DNA of 63,361 bases, filler included, from Neoconidiobolus thromboides FSU 785 (lineage: Eukaryota > Fungi > Entomophthoromycota), in assembly GCA_025603075.1 (NCBI GenBank). It is 7 parts of 7 records of this genome, joined end to end, with 100 filler letters (N's around TTAATTAATTAA, not from the genome) between each part and the next. Parts side by side here need not be neighbours in the genome. Positions count along the whole stretch, not along the records: positions 16,413 to 47,312 come from MU626483.1; 6 more parts are not named here. One strand, 5' to 3'. Shown piece by piece: positions 24,449 through 36,821 of the stretch. The notes beneath the pieces are model-generated. The model made no database searches, was not told where the DNA came from, and saw nothing but the letters and a program-made list of their open reading frames with translations. Position 1 is the first letter of the stretch, and every line of letters begins with the position of its first letter. Both the position numbers and the translations under genes were made by a program.

Positions 24449-26407
24449 TTAACCTAAATAAACCCATATGTAATCCCCTGATTTTATACCATAAAAGTTC
24501 ACTAACTGACGAACAGGATTATCTAATTCAATGATTTGGTAGTCATTCTATATAATTGTTATTATAATCAGTGATAAAAATGATAAATAAATTAATTACT
24601 TTGCAATTTTTATTTTCTATTAAAGCATATAGTTTAATAGTCGAGTTAATTGGCAATTTAAATAACTTTTTAATATTCATACTTAAAATTCTAATAGTAA
24701 CATTATCTATCAAAAGTAAATATATGTTTGTATAAAAGATTAACAAGTTACTTAAAAATTCTTTCTTTTCCCAGTCCAAACTAAGTATGGCCTCATTATT
24801 TACACCACTTAAAGGCTCATTCTTTTGAATTGTTATTCCAAGTTCAATTAGTCTTTGCTTTAATTTATTGGAGTTGTTTAAGTTGTCTTCTTTTTTATTT
24901 TTTAAATCTATATTATACTTTTTACACAATGTATCAAATTGAGGATGATGTTTTATAAATTCATTGTGATTTAGACTACCATACTGTGGTAAACATATTT
25001 GATTGATATAAAATAACTCTGAATCGATTCTCTCCTGCTTTGTTATTTTTGTTATGTTCAAAAATTGCAAACTAGGCACAAATGATACTAACAACGTTCT
25101 GTTGTTTACCAAATTCTTATCCTTCGTAAGGTAATTTAAATGGTTTTCTAAAACAATTCAATTAGAATATAAAATAATAATAGTCAAACATACCTTTTGT
25201 AAACATAATGCCCAATGTTTGAAGATGTTCAAGATTTGGAAAGCTTTTGTAGATTTGTATCATTTGCTCCAAATCACTTATTTTAGTATAATTCAAATTT
25301 AACCTTTTCAAAGTAATTGAATAAACTTTCTCAGTTTTCTTTAAATATAGTTTATTCAAAGGATTAAAGCCTATATTTAAATACTCTAAGCTAGATGAAA
25401 AATAACATATTATTAAATTATATGAGAAGCATATTATTACTACCTTTTGTAATATTTTAAACTTTCTAAAATTTCCTCTTCTTCTCCAGTTATTAGATTA
25501 GTTTCTAAATTGAGCACTTTAAGTTTCAAAAACCAAGGCTTGTTTTCGCTTGGAATAGGTATCCTTTTTAATGAATTAGAGCAAATTTGTAGCTCTTCTA
25601 AATTTATTAAATATGGTTCAATGATCTTAATCTCATGTTCACTTATTAATGTTTGATTTAAGCTTAATACCCTAATATTTTCTAATCCACCATTAATTAA
25701 TTTACTATATGAAACAAATCTCATATCATTTAGAGATAACCTTTTAAGATTGTTCAATTCGAGCGCCAATGTCATAATAGGCTCCCAAGACGAGATCAAA
25801 CTTTTACTCAAATCAAGATCTTCCAAGCCTATACGTGAGTCATATAAATACTAATTAAGAGTCTGTAGTAAAATAAAGTTACTTGGCAATAAAGTAGAGT
25901 AATTTAAACTAAAATCTATCCAACTTATTATTTCTGGTGTAAGACTTATTGTCTTTAAATTTTTCGAGTTTCTACCATAATTCATCTTATTTAGAATTAC
26001 ATTAAATGATAAATTTACACCTACGATAATTCTTCTTGTACTTTTTTAAATCCTAAAGTTTCAAACTTTACATTAGGTCTATCTTCCAGGGTGAAAGAAA
26101 CATCTTCAACACCACTTGTATCCAAATACTTCTTTCGGATCCCTTCCCATAAATTTGTTCCGATATTAATGTTTCTACTTAATGGAAAAGTAGGAAATTT
26201 TAAAAATGATGCACAACCATTCCTTTTTGGTTGAAAATACTGCTTTCCTAAATATTCTCCAGAATGCTTTCCTTTGTTCTCATCATCCCATTCTACTCCG
26301 ATTCTTTTTCCTTTAACACCTTCTAATTCTCCAATCCATAAAACTGTGCAAGTAAATCCGTTTATAATTAGTCTTGTTCCAATAGTAATTTCATTTATTT
26401 CTTCCAT
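24449..26407 (-). CDS. PAC2: tubulin-folding cofactor E (CAP-Gly, LRR, UBL; multi-exon)
   Basis: CAP-Gly IGVEWDDENKGKHSG, LRRs (LDLSKSLISSWE), ERIDSELFYI, last exon ELDNPVRQLVNFYGIKSGDYIWVYLG*; TBCE/PAC2 ortholog. Confidence 0.92.
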
Positions 26408-26616
26408 TTGAAAAACGTAACAAGGTTTTTAAAAAAAATTGTCATTTGTTTTTAATTTGACAATAAATATCTAACAGATGTAATTTAATTTTTTCTATTA
26501 AATAAAATTCAAATATCAACGAGACATAATTCAAATAGGATCATTGTTAATATTTTTGTTTATATAATAAACTTTATAACCCATCACCAATTGTATATAA
26601 TAATTCATCATAAATC

Positions 26617-27154
26617 ATGTCTCACTCTCATCTAAACAATAAACAATGTAACTGTAACACAAGTTCATTAAGCTTTCAACAGAGTTTGGATGAGCTTGAA
26701 TTTGATAGGTCAATACATGGAGCATGTGTCTTTGGTGATGAGAAGAAAATAAATAAAATGATCCAAAGTAGTAAAAATGTCGTAGGCTTAGTTAACTCAG
26801 TAGATTCTTATGGATATGCTCCTTTGGTATTTTTTTTCTTTTAAGTTCTTTTCAACTATTAACTTGAATAGCATTATGCTGCTAAACATAATCACTTGAG
26901 TATAACGAAAATATTATTAGTTAACGGTGCAAATATTAATGCTAAAACTAAAGGCCTAAAGACAACAGTAATTTTTTAGTTTTCATCATTTATATTAACA
27001 ATGACTTTATTAATTATAGGTGCTCCATCGAGCCATCCTTGATAAAAATAAAGAAATGATCAATTTTTTGTTAGATAATGGTGCTGATTTAGATATCGTC
27101 GATGACTTAGGAAGAACACCTAGAGAACTATTAAAGCAACCTAGTACTATTTAA
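26617..27154 (+). CDS. ankyrin-repeat protein, ANKRD39-like (3 exons)
   Basis: FQQSLDELEFDRSIHGAC resembles ANKRD39 QQTLEEMDFERGIW; spliced GYAPLHYAAKHNH...NGANINAKT...DDLGRTP. Confidence 0.8.
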
Positions 27155-27321
27155 ACCAATAAACTTCACTAAATTATGTCTAAATCATAATGTCTCAACT
27201 GCTGTCATTAACTTAAAATGTGCCGTTAATATAAATTCTAATTCTGCTAGTTATAACTCATAAAAAACCGAATTATTGATTTTATTTACAAAAATTAGCT
27301 TAAATAAAACTATTACATACA

Positions 27322-27416
27322 CTATGTTTTTCTTGGTCCATCACTTTTCCATCTTTTAAGCGCTGTTTGAGCGGAAGGATTGGTAAAATTATGAAACAAA
27401 AAATACATCCCTATAT
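27322..27416 (+). mobile_element. MITE family 1 copy, degenerate
   Basis: Core TTTTAAGCGCTGTTTGAGCGGAA...AATACATCCC. Confidence 0.8.
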
Positions 27417-27769
27417 ATCGAGTTAATAGGGTTTTTAGGAAGTAGTTTTTTTGTTAATGAATACATTTTTACTTCAAATTAATAAAAGCAGGAAATTCGA
27501 GATGAAAATACTATACTTATAGGTGAAGTAATTGCCTTATTTAATCCTTGGCATTCTTTTCTCTTTATTAGATCAAATTTTTTATTGTTTCTATTAGTAA
27601 AATTTTAGTGAAAAAAATTTTAAATACCAAAATAAAAGTTAATATCGATAATTGGATCTATGCAAAATTTAAATTCAGACAATAATTCAAAAGGATATTA
27701 TCCTATTTAAAGATTCCTTGATTCTGAAAGTAAAGTTATAGATTTATGTATAGTAGTATCATATTAATG

Positions 27770-27871
27770 CATTGAAGCATTTTTTAGTTTTATCACTTTT
27801 TTATTTTGTAAGTGCATTTGAATGGAAAAGTTGTTAACAAAATTCTTAAACAAAAAGAGACATTCTCATGT
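27770..27871 (+). mobile_element. MITE family 1 copy, old
   Basis: Diverged consensus match. Confidence 0.65.
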
Positions 27872-28270
27872 AAAAATGGACAATTTTTTATATTGTCAAT
27901 GTTAACAAACCATATCGAAGGAGCTTCAGCTAACCAAATTAGTTAGATGCCCTCATAAGGTTGACTTAATTAGTTGAAAATAGCTGGGTGGCAGAAATTC
28001 ATACCAAATACTATTTAAAAAATGTACTAATACATTTCCTGACAACAATCTGTTAATAAACAGTCTAATATACTTTTAGTTGAACATCACAGCCTATGAA
28101 AAAATAAGGGATAATTTGGCCAATTAGAGCTATTCTATAGTTAGCTCAATTTGAAATTCTGCAATTTAAACAATCCAATTGTTTTATTACAAAGAGAATA
28201 ATCCATTCATCAATGAATATTTAATCATTCCAAACTCGAAATTTATATCAAACTACTTTTTGGGATCAAT

Positions 28271-29973
28271 ATGCAAAGATATAGTCTAGTAAAGCACAAC
28301 AATAGCGATAATAATAATAAATTAATGATATCTTGTTTTAGAGACCATCTAAAAGGCCTCATATAAAGGACCAGAGTACAGAAAATCTCACATTAAAATT
28401 AGAGAGTAAAGCTCCTAGTGATACTAGTACAGTTACAAGTGAAGAAAATCCAACAGGAAAACTAAATAAAATGCAAAACGAAAAGGTCAAATTATTATAA
28501 ATAATCATTATGAAAAAAAAATTAAAATCGTTTAATAGATCTCTAATTCTAATAAAAAAGAAAATATCACAAACTATCTTAATGAGGCAGAAGAATTGGT
28601 GAATGGAAAGAGATTCAAAGCAGTTGAACAAAGGGTTGATAAAGGTAAACTAGTAGGATATATGAAATACACCCATGGAAAATAACAAATTTTCAGATAA
28701 GATTAATTCTGGAGGTGTTATAAAAGAAAATATTATGAGTCATTTTATTAAAGCAGAGCGCTTGAATAAGATGAGAGTCAATGTATTTGACCATATACCT
28801 GATAAAACCAAAATAAAAGGCCTAGAAGAACCTGCTTTAAAATGCATTATGGTTCCAGACAAAATGAGCAAAAAAATTATGGAATATAAGAAACCCAAAA
28901 TAACATCAAGACCCTTGATCGAAAAACGAAATGAATCAACTCGTGTAATTCATAGTACCAGGCGTATAACTCCAGAATTTCAAGTTAGTGATGACGATCG
29001 CTTAGATTATTCCAAAATTAAAATTGACCCAAGTAAACTTCTTGACCATGAAAAAGAAGGCTACTCAGAAAATGATGAAAGTGAAACAGAAATGGAAGTG
29101 AAGGTGGATGAGCATGATATTAAAAAAAGTAAATTAGGAAAAGAAATGTATCTTGGTATGCTTGATTCAGAGGTATTATAATAGTTAATGGTAAACTAAA
29201 TACTTACAATTCTATAGAATTTTTACCTTGTCAATAATGAATATGTAAGTCATCAAAAATGGGGCTGGGATGTTAGAGAAAGGGAAGTTAATAGGATGCT
29301 TAAAGCACATTCAAGCATGATGCTAAGGGGTGAAGTTATATATGACGCTGTTAATATGTTTGACAGAGTATGTGGAGCCCGTGCAATTAGTGAAGATAAG
29401 TTAGATCTTCTTTCAGTTACGTGTTTATTTATAGCTACTAAATTTGCAAAAATTGGCTACGTTGATCCTGTTAAATTTCTATCATATGCAGTCAAGCCTT
29501 ACTCAATATCAAGCTTAACTGCAACTGAGGTACATGTCCTCTTTCAGCTTGATTTTCGTTTAATTTATCCAAATCCTTTAGAATTTCTTGGATATATGAT
29601 CGCAGGTGATGATGACCCTGATTATACTAAACTTATGACTCGTTATATTATGGAAATGACTTTAACTAATCACACATTTTTAAAATGTCGCCCTTCTCTT
29701 TTAGCAGCATCTGCAATGCATTTAAGTCGTCTTGTACTTGGCCGCTTTGGCTGGGATGACGTGCTAATTGAACATACTGGTTTTCAGAGACACCAATTGA
29801 AAGGCATTATAAGAGTATTAATCAATAATATTGATGCATCTCCAAAAGATTCTTATCCAGATCAAAAGTATGGAAATGTAGACTATGGTTCAGTTTCTAT
29901 TTATTTTAGAGAGTGGTTAAAAGGTCATTCAGCTTCCGACATATCCAATATCGATTTCACCCAAACTGAATAA
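28271..29973 (+). CDS. divergent B-type cyclin (probably 5 exons, starting upstream of the ORF track)
   Basis: Cyclin N and C boxes (DAVNMFDR, LLSVTCLFIATK, TEVHVLFQLDFRLIYPNPLEFL, RYIMEMTL, PSLLAASAMHLSR); intron 29173-29217; upstream GT-AG exons splice in frame from MQRYSL at 28271. Confidence 0.85.
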
Positions 29974-30126
29974 TTTTAAAAAGATAGGTTTATCTATCTT
30001 CTACGTAATTAACTCAACTCAGTAACTCATAGTTATCCTTTCCTTACTATTCTTATTTTTATATTATACCCAAAAGTTAATATTAAATAAACATATATAA
30101 TATATGGTTTTAAATTTAAATAAAAT

Positions 30127-31403
30127 TTATTGTTTTGTCTCAACTAAAAACCAACGACATGTGTGGCATAATAAATATGGGTTTTTACTAGAGGTGCCTT
30201 CATAGAATTTTAATTTATCTACAGTTAGGCATTCAATCACCTTATCTTTATCGTTGTTAGCTATTAAGCTTTCGGGTATTTCCCACCAAGAAAGAGATAC
30301 TGTTGCGTCACACTTATAACATTCTTTTTTTACGAGATTTGAATCATTTTCATAATTTAACTTTAAAGGAGATAATACCATTTCGTTTGTTGGTTCTATA
30401 GTATTTATTTCAAAGAATAGATTTATCATTGTCTAAAAAAATGTGAGTTATTAATGACTAACAGTGATAATGATGATTGACCCAATACCTTATTTTCCTC
30501 TTCATTTTTATCATACAACGTATGAATATCAGGAGTCATATCTAATTTACTATGTTTTGGACACAAAAGAATCGGTATTAACATCTTTCCTTTTTTTTCT
30601 CCCTCCTTGTTTTTTTCAATAAGTTTAAAACCTAAAAAATATTTTCGATTTGTTTGGGAACAAGAAGCATGTGCCAAATGATCGCACGAGTCGCATTTTA
30701 TTTTATATCCAAACCCACCCCTACAAACTTGGCAGATCTTTTATTGTTAATATCTTTTTTTCAAAAACAAATAAAAATTACTTCATCCCAATTACTTTGA
30801 TCTAATTCCGAAATACCTCTGACGTTGTTTTGAGTAAACTTTGCATTGGGTAGAAATACAGCACAAATAAGATGTGCCCAGTTATGCATAGCTGTAGGAA
30901 GAATAGCTTTTGGTGCACTTTTTGGTTCATTAATACGACATAATATACAAGTATGATTCTATTTAAAATTAATATAATAACACAAAAAAAATTGCACTAC
31001 ATTTGAGTTTGCTCTTTTTGCGAAATTTTTACACCATTCACATAACCATGGCTTTTCATCAAGACTAAATATTGAAGGTAAACAAGCTAAAATGGCAGTA
31101 TTAATTTATTAATATTATATATATAACTAATTTATAATGTATTCAAATTCCAATATTATTACTTGAATGGACAGCAAGAAAACATTTTTTACAACACTTG
31201 TATTCTTTAGAAGGACCACTTTGTAAGCATAGATCGCATTTTCTTGGTGATATTACGTCTGTAGTTGCTTTTTTACGGTTCCTTAATTTTATTGGACTAT
31301 TCTTTTAAAATGTTTTATTTTTATTTCTGATATAATTTATAAATATATACGCTACTTTATCCGACGACAATTTAACTTCATTATTTTTTACATCTGTTGA
31401 CAT
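30127..31403 (-). CDS. PHD + extended-PHD + C-terminal C4 zinc-finger chromatin protein (Snt2/Nto1-like, compact)
   Basis: Spliced CDLC...CKKCFLAVHS.C...WLCEWC; CILC...WAHLICAVF; VC...KCDSCDHLAHASC; CYKCDATVSLSWW...LLCHTC. Confidence 0.8.
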
Positions 31404-32221
31404 TGTAATTGAAAAATAAAAGTAGTGTCATTTTTTATACTACTCAATTTATTCCTATTCCATAAAATGCTAATATTAAGTTGCTATTTTCGAAAGTAAA
31501 TTTTAAGGTTAAAATGTTCTCTATTTAAAATAGTATAAAAATATGAACTGTTGGTTTAGATCAATATTTATAAGCGCTATTATGATTAGTATGGTCTACA
31601 CATGATATCATACATTATTAGACTAAACATCACCAAGTTGTTTACTATTTTTAAATCTATCTATATTAGCAACCAAAAAATATTAGGTCAAATGCACCAA
31701 TTTCGACGTTTACCCTCTTTGAGTACCAAATGTCTTAAAAAAATTCTATTCGATTGGACCGTGATTTTAATTAACTTTGTGCCAATTGAATTAACTTTTG
31801 AAACTCGATCTCTAAAGGGTTAATTTAATGTAAATCCTGTAAGTAATGCTTGTCATGGTTTTATTTTGATTTAGAATCATACGTGGGCAATGCTTGTTGT
31901 GATTTTTAATCTATAAAATTCAACGAGCACTGTTCATCTATGATGATACTCAAGTGGTTACTTTTAAAAATCCCAACCACTGTTAATTTTACTAAAAATA
32001 GACCTTGATTTGCTAATTGTAAAGAAAATAATCTCTATTATCTGCTGATTTGTAAAACAAGTAATATAAAAAAATACTATCGCTTTTACACATAAATAGC
32101 CTATGGTTAATAGATATAAGTACGGGATACAATCGATCATATGTCCCATGTTAAAGATACATTACGAAATATAAATAAATTCAATATATAAAAACAAAAC
32201 TTTACTTTAAAGATTTATAAA

Positions 32222-33409
32222 ATGAAATTTTTACCCTCTTTATTTTTCTCAAACTTGTTTATACATCTTCTGTCAGCTTTTAATCCTTTAATAGTTTCTG
32301 AACATGGAATTGTTGAAGGAAGTTATATAATCAAGCTTAAAGACACCAACCGTATTACTCTTGATTCACATTTAAATAATGTTCGCTCATTATTTAAAAA
32401 TCGTTCTGAAGAAAATAAGATTAACCATGTTTATAATTCCTTAGGTAGCTTTTATTCAGCACAATTTTCTAAAGAAATAATTGCTCAGATTCGCTCTTTA
32501 CCAGAAATATCTTATATCGAAAACGACAGTATTGTAAAAATATATCCTAGCGAAAATGCTGATACTTTAAGCATTAATTCGGTCCAACCAAATGCCCCTT
32601 GGAATTTAGCGAGGATTTCTCAAAGAAAGCTAGTAAATTCAGATTATACTTACTTAGGCGATGGTTCTGGGGTATCGGTATATATTGCTGATACAGGAGT
32701 ATATACTTCCCATCCAGAATTTGAAGGACGTGCCATTGTTGGAGCTAATTTTTCATCTGATACAAATAATAATGATGGAAATGGACATGGTACATTTGTT
32801 GCTGGTGTAGTTGGTGCTAAGACTTATGGAGTAGCTAAAAAAACACAACTTATATCAGTAAAAGTCTTAGATACCAATGGTTCTGGCTCTATTTCTGGTA
32901 TATTAGCTGGTGTCAACTGGGTAGTAAAAGATAAGAGAGGGAAGAAAGGAAACGTTCTCAATCTTTCAATTGGTGGTGGTTTTTCACAACCCTTAAATGA
33001 TGCTGTAAAATCTGCCCATCAAAATGGAGTTACTGTAGTAACTGCAGCTGGAAATAGTAATTCTGACGGATGCTCTTTTTCTCCCGGATCTACCCCAGAA
33101 GCTATTAATGTTGCTACCTTAAGTACAAATGACGCTCGTTCTTCTGCATCCAACTATGGTAAATGTATTGATATATTTGCCCCCGGACAAAATATTGTTT
33201 CTACTTGGAATAATAATGGGTTACAAACATTAACTGGCTCTTCTACGGCTGCACCACATGTTGCTGGCCTCGCTGCTTACTTCTACTCACTTGAAGCTTT
33301 AACTCCAGATACAGTAACTCAAAAAATTTTAGCTTTGGCAACTATAGATTTGGTCACTAATCCTGGAAGTCAATCCCCAAACCGTATTGCTTTTAATGGA
33401 GCCATATGA
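32222..33409 (+). CDS. secreted subtilisin-like serine protease (S8A, proteinase K/Pr1 type), single exon
   Basis: Signal peptide, I9-type prodomain, APWNLARIS, IADTG (Asp), GNGHGT (His), AAGN, TGSSTAAPHVAG (Ser). Confidence 0.97.
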   Translation: MKFLPSLFFSNLFIHLLSAFNPLIVSEHGIVEGSYIIKLKDTNRITLDSHLNNVRSLFKNRSEENKINHVYNSLGSFYSAQFSKEIIAQIRSLPEISYIENDSIVKIYPSENADTLSINSVQPNAPWNLARISQRKLVNSDYTYLGDGSGVSVYIADTGVYTSHPEFEGRAIVGANFSSDTNNNDGNGHGTFVAGVVGAKTYGVAKKTQLISVKVLDTNGSGSISGILAGVNWVVKDKRGKKGNVLNLSIGGGFSQPLNDAVKSAHQNGVTVVTAAGNSNSDGCSFSPGSTPEAINVATLSTNDARSSASNYGKCIDIFAPGQNIVSTWNNNGLQTLTGSSTAAPHVAGLAAYFYSLEALTPDTVTQKILALATIDLVTNPGSQSPNRIAFNGAI

Positions 33410-34365
33410 ATTTATTTTAGATTTAAAATAAGTATATTTTCTTGATATAAATTTATTGAACATACTTTTTAATAGCAAATTTTAATTTTTTATTACAGAA
33501 CCCACTTAGATTCAAAAGTGCTTATTTTTACACTACAAACACTTTTCATTGATTTCGCTGACTTAATTTTATAAAATGATTTATTATTAATTTCCTTTAA
33601 TTTTTTTATTTTGAAATAGATTTATGATTCTTCATGCTTTTCCAATACATTACTATATGTCTATACTTGGATTACTTAATACCTACTTTTATAATCATAA
33701 TTTTTAAAAATAGCTTGAAAATGATGTTAGTACAATACATAAAAAAATTATTGCTATAAGCAAACTAGCTTCAAATTCTAGTTCAAGTAAAAATCGAAAC
33801 CAAAAAAAAAATCTTCACATGTAACTTTTAATTATATAGATTTGAATAAGTGTAAACAACCAATTGATCATATCCGCTTATTTTTAATCTCTTAAATATA
33901 GTGTCGACTGGTATTTTTCTTTCTACCTCAATACCACTATTTTTTGTATCCCTATTCACCTGTGGTCTGACTTGGGCACTGCAGGCTTTTTACTAACATC
34001 ACTAGCATTACCTCCTCGTCGATTCTTCCCTTATTTCTTTTATCAGTAATTTATATTCGTTTGTCTTCTGGAAAAGTCATTGGTTCTTTATAGAATTCTT
34101 ATTTACTAAAGAGTAACAAGATATTTCAATGCTCCCATTTATTACAAATAGGAAATTCCCCGATTCAATGAATTTTCTCATGTAAGGCTAGATTAGTCGC
34201 TAATTGAGATGGGAAAAATGTTTTTCTTCATGACATACGTCTCCTTTCATTAACCTGCCTTTTTTTACACTTATTAACAAGCCGATTCAAACTTTTTACC
34301 TTCAAGAATATAAAAAATCCCTATATGAGCTATATCTGTTGGAGAACAAACTATTTAATTTAAAT

Positions 34366-34471
34366 ATTTGGGGATGTTTTTTTTGATTTCATTATTTTTA
34401 CATCTTTTAAGCGTTATTTAAGTGGAAAAATTGCTAGTAAAATTCTTAAATACAAAAATACATCCCCATTT
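34366..34471 (+). mobile_element. MITE family 1 copy
   Basis: Consensus match, ATTT/ATTT duplication. Confidence 0.93.
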
Positions 34472-34581
34472 GATCAAAATTTATGTACTAAGACATAAAA
34501 GTTGAAAGCTAGGCCTTTAATACAACAAACCCTTATTTTTTTAACTAGATAATTTAGTAGTGTAAAAATTAAAAGAGAAGT

Positions 34582-34683
34582 ATATAGAAATGTTTTTTTA
34601 GCTTCATTACTTTTCCCATCTTTTAAGCGCTATTTGAGTGGAAAAATTGTTAGTAAAATTCTTAAATATATACATCCCCATAT
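34582..34683 (+). mobile_element. MITE family 1 copy
   Basis: Consensus match, ATAT/ATAT. Confidence 0.92.
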
Positions 34684-34788
34684 TCTTAGAATGATGTATT
34701 CGAATATGTTCAAATAATTAAACACAAGACTAAATGTAATTTGGTATCAAAAATTCTTTATTATTGACTATAAATGTATGATTGACCT

Positions 34789-35978
34789 TTACAAATTGAC
34801 AGAGCGTAACCCTTCTTCTGTATATCTACCTCCTTTTACTTCAATTTGCTCTGTTAATTTACGGATTTGTTTATTTTCATCATCACTTAACTTGATATTG
34901 GCTGATTCAATATTTTCCTCCAGGTATTTGATTCTTCTCGTTCCTGGAATAGGGATAAAATCATTTCCCTAGTAAAATTAAGCTATAATCTAGTCATGGT
35001 TAATAAAACTTACTTGAGATAAAACCCACGATAAGCATAATTGTGAAGCTTTGATTCCCTTTCTATTGGCTATTTCTTCAAGCTTATTGACAATTTGAAG
35101 GTTATGCTCAACATTTTCTTCGTTATAGCGTGGAAAACGAGTGACTCTTGAATCATCCCTATCTAGTGATTTTACATCTAATTTTCCAGTCAAAAAACCA
35201 CGACCTAATGGTGAGTAAGCAACAATAGCTACTCCGAGCTCTCTACAAGCTTCCAATAATCCATTTTTTTCAATAAATGTTTCCCATGGACTATCAAAAT
35301 TAAGTTTAAGTAGTTTTAAAAAAAATTTAAATAATTACCTATATTCAATTTGTACTGCAGAAATAGGGTGAACTTTATGTGCCCTCTTGAGTGTTTCTGC
35401 ACTACATTCAGATAACCCTAAATATTTCACTTTGCCCTCTTTAACTAATGCTGCCATAGCTGAAACAGTTTCTTCAATTGGGCTATAAGTCACATTAATA
35501 AAAATGATTTCTATTAGAATTAGAACATACGTGGTAGGATCAACCCTGTGTTGATAATACAGATCAATAGTTTCAATTCCTAAACGTTTTAAACTAGCAT
35601 CACAACACTGTTTCACGTATTCTTTATCCCCACGTATCTTCATTTCCTTTTTTTCTAGATCATAACTAATAGCAAATTTAGTACAAAGAAAAATTTCATT
35701 CCTACGCTCCTTTAAAACTTTAGCTAAAAGTTTTTCATTTTCGCCCATGCCATACATATCCTATAATAATATTAATATTTGGTTACTCAGATCATCCATT
35801 TATCACTTACTGAAGTATCCCAAAAAGTACATCCAAGGTCAATGGCTCTGTTTAAAACTCGAATATTCTCTTCTTCGTTAGAAGAGCCATAAAAAGCACT
35901 CATTCCCATACATCCTAGTCCAATACTTGAGACTTGTGGGCCATTTCTACCTAATTGACGTGTTGCTAATCCACTCAT
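34789..35978 (-). CDS. aldo-keto reductase (AKR13/YakC-like, 4 exons)
   Basis: [68 protein letters not shown]; stop at 34789. Confidence 0.95.
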
Positions 35979-36373
35979 TTTAAACTTATTTTTTGTTTTT
36001 ACTTTGTTTCAATTATTTTGGCATTTCATTATGTTTTATACTTTTCACTTAAATACTTGATTTTATCTAACTCCGATTTATGTTGATTAGAATTGAATTT
36101 TTAATTTTATTATGGAGTATTTTAATCCCGACTTCAAGGTAGATTTTGTCACTTAATGCGTAGCACTTAGAAACCTAAAAAAATTAGACTTCGAAACTCT
36201 TAAATTAATATGGTAAAGGTTATTTAAAATCTCACTATCAACGTCATCATGTGAATAACTATTGCTTTTATATAATATAATCCATTAATAATATACACTT
36301 TCGTTTTTGCTTTAAATATAGGTATCCCTAGCGTTGCCATTATAAAGACGTTATTCGCCTCATTAGCTTTAAG

Positions 36374-36479
36374 ATATAGGGATGCATTTTTTTGCTTAAT
36401 AATTTTACTAATAATTTTTCCGTTCAAATAATGCTTAAAAAATGGAAAAAGTAATGAAACCAAAAAAACAACCTCATAT
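36374..36479 (-). mobile_element. MITE family 1 copy
   Basis: Consensus match, ATAT/ATAT. Confidence 0.9.
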
Positions 36480-36821
36480 AGTGGATTTTTTTATATTTTT
36501 ATATGAAAACAGTAAAAATAGAAATATTTAATGAAAGCGTACATCTTAAAAATCGCTATTATATTTAACTAACAAAGGCTTGTACCATACTTTTATTTTT
36601 CAATACAGTAAAAATAAAATAATACTATATTGAATAGATTGAATTTTATAAATATTTTAATGTTTAAATAATTATTTTATTTAAAACTACAATAATGTAG
36701 TATTTTTTATATATAAAATATTACACTTAAACAATAGGAATTAGTTCATGACAGATGAAATAAGCTAGCTTTTTGACAAATATTAATACTTAATAACAAA
36801 TTAGAGGAAGATGTTTTATAT

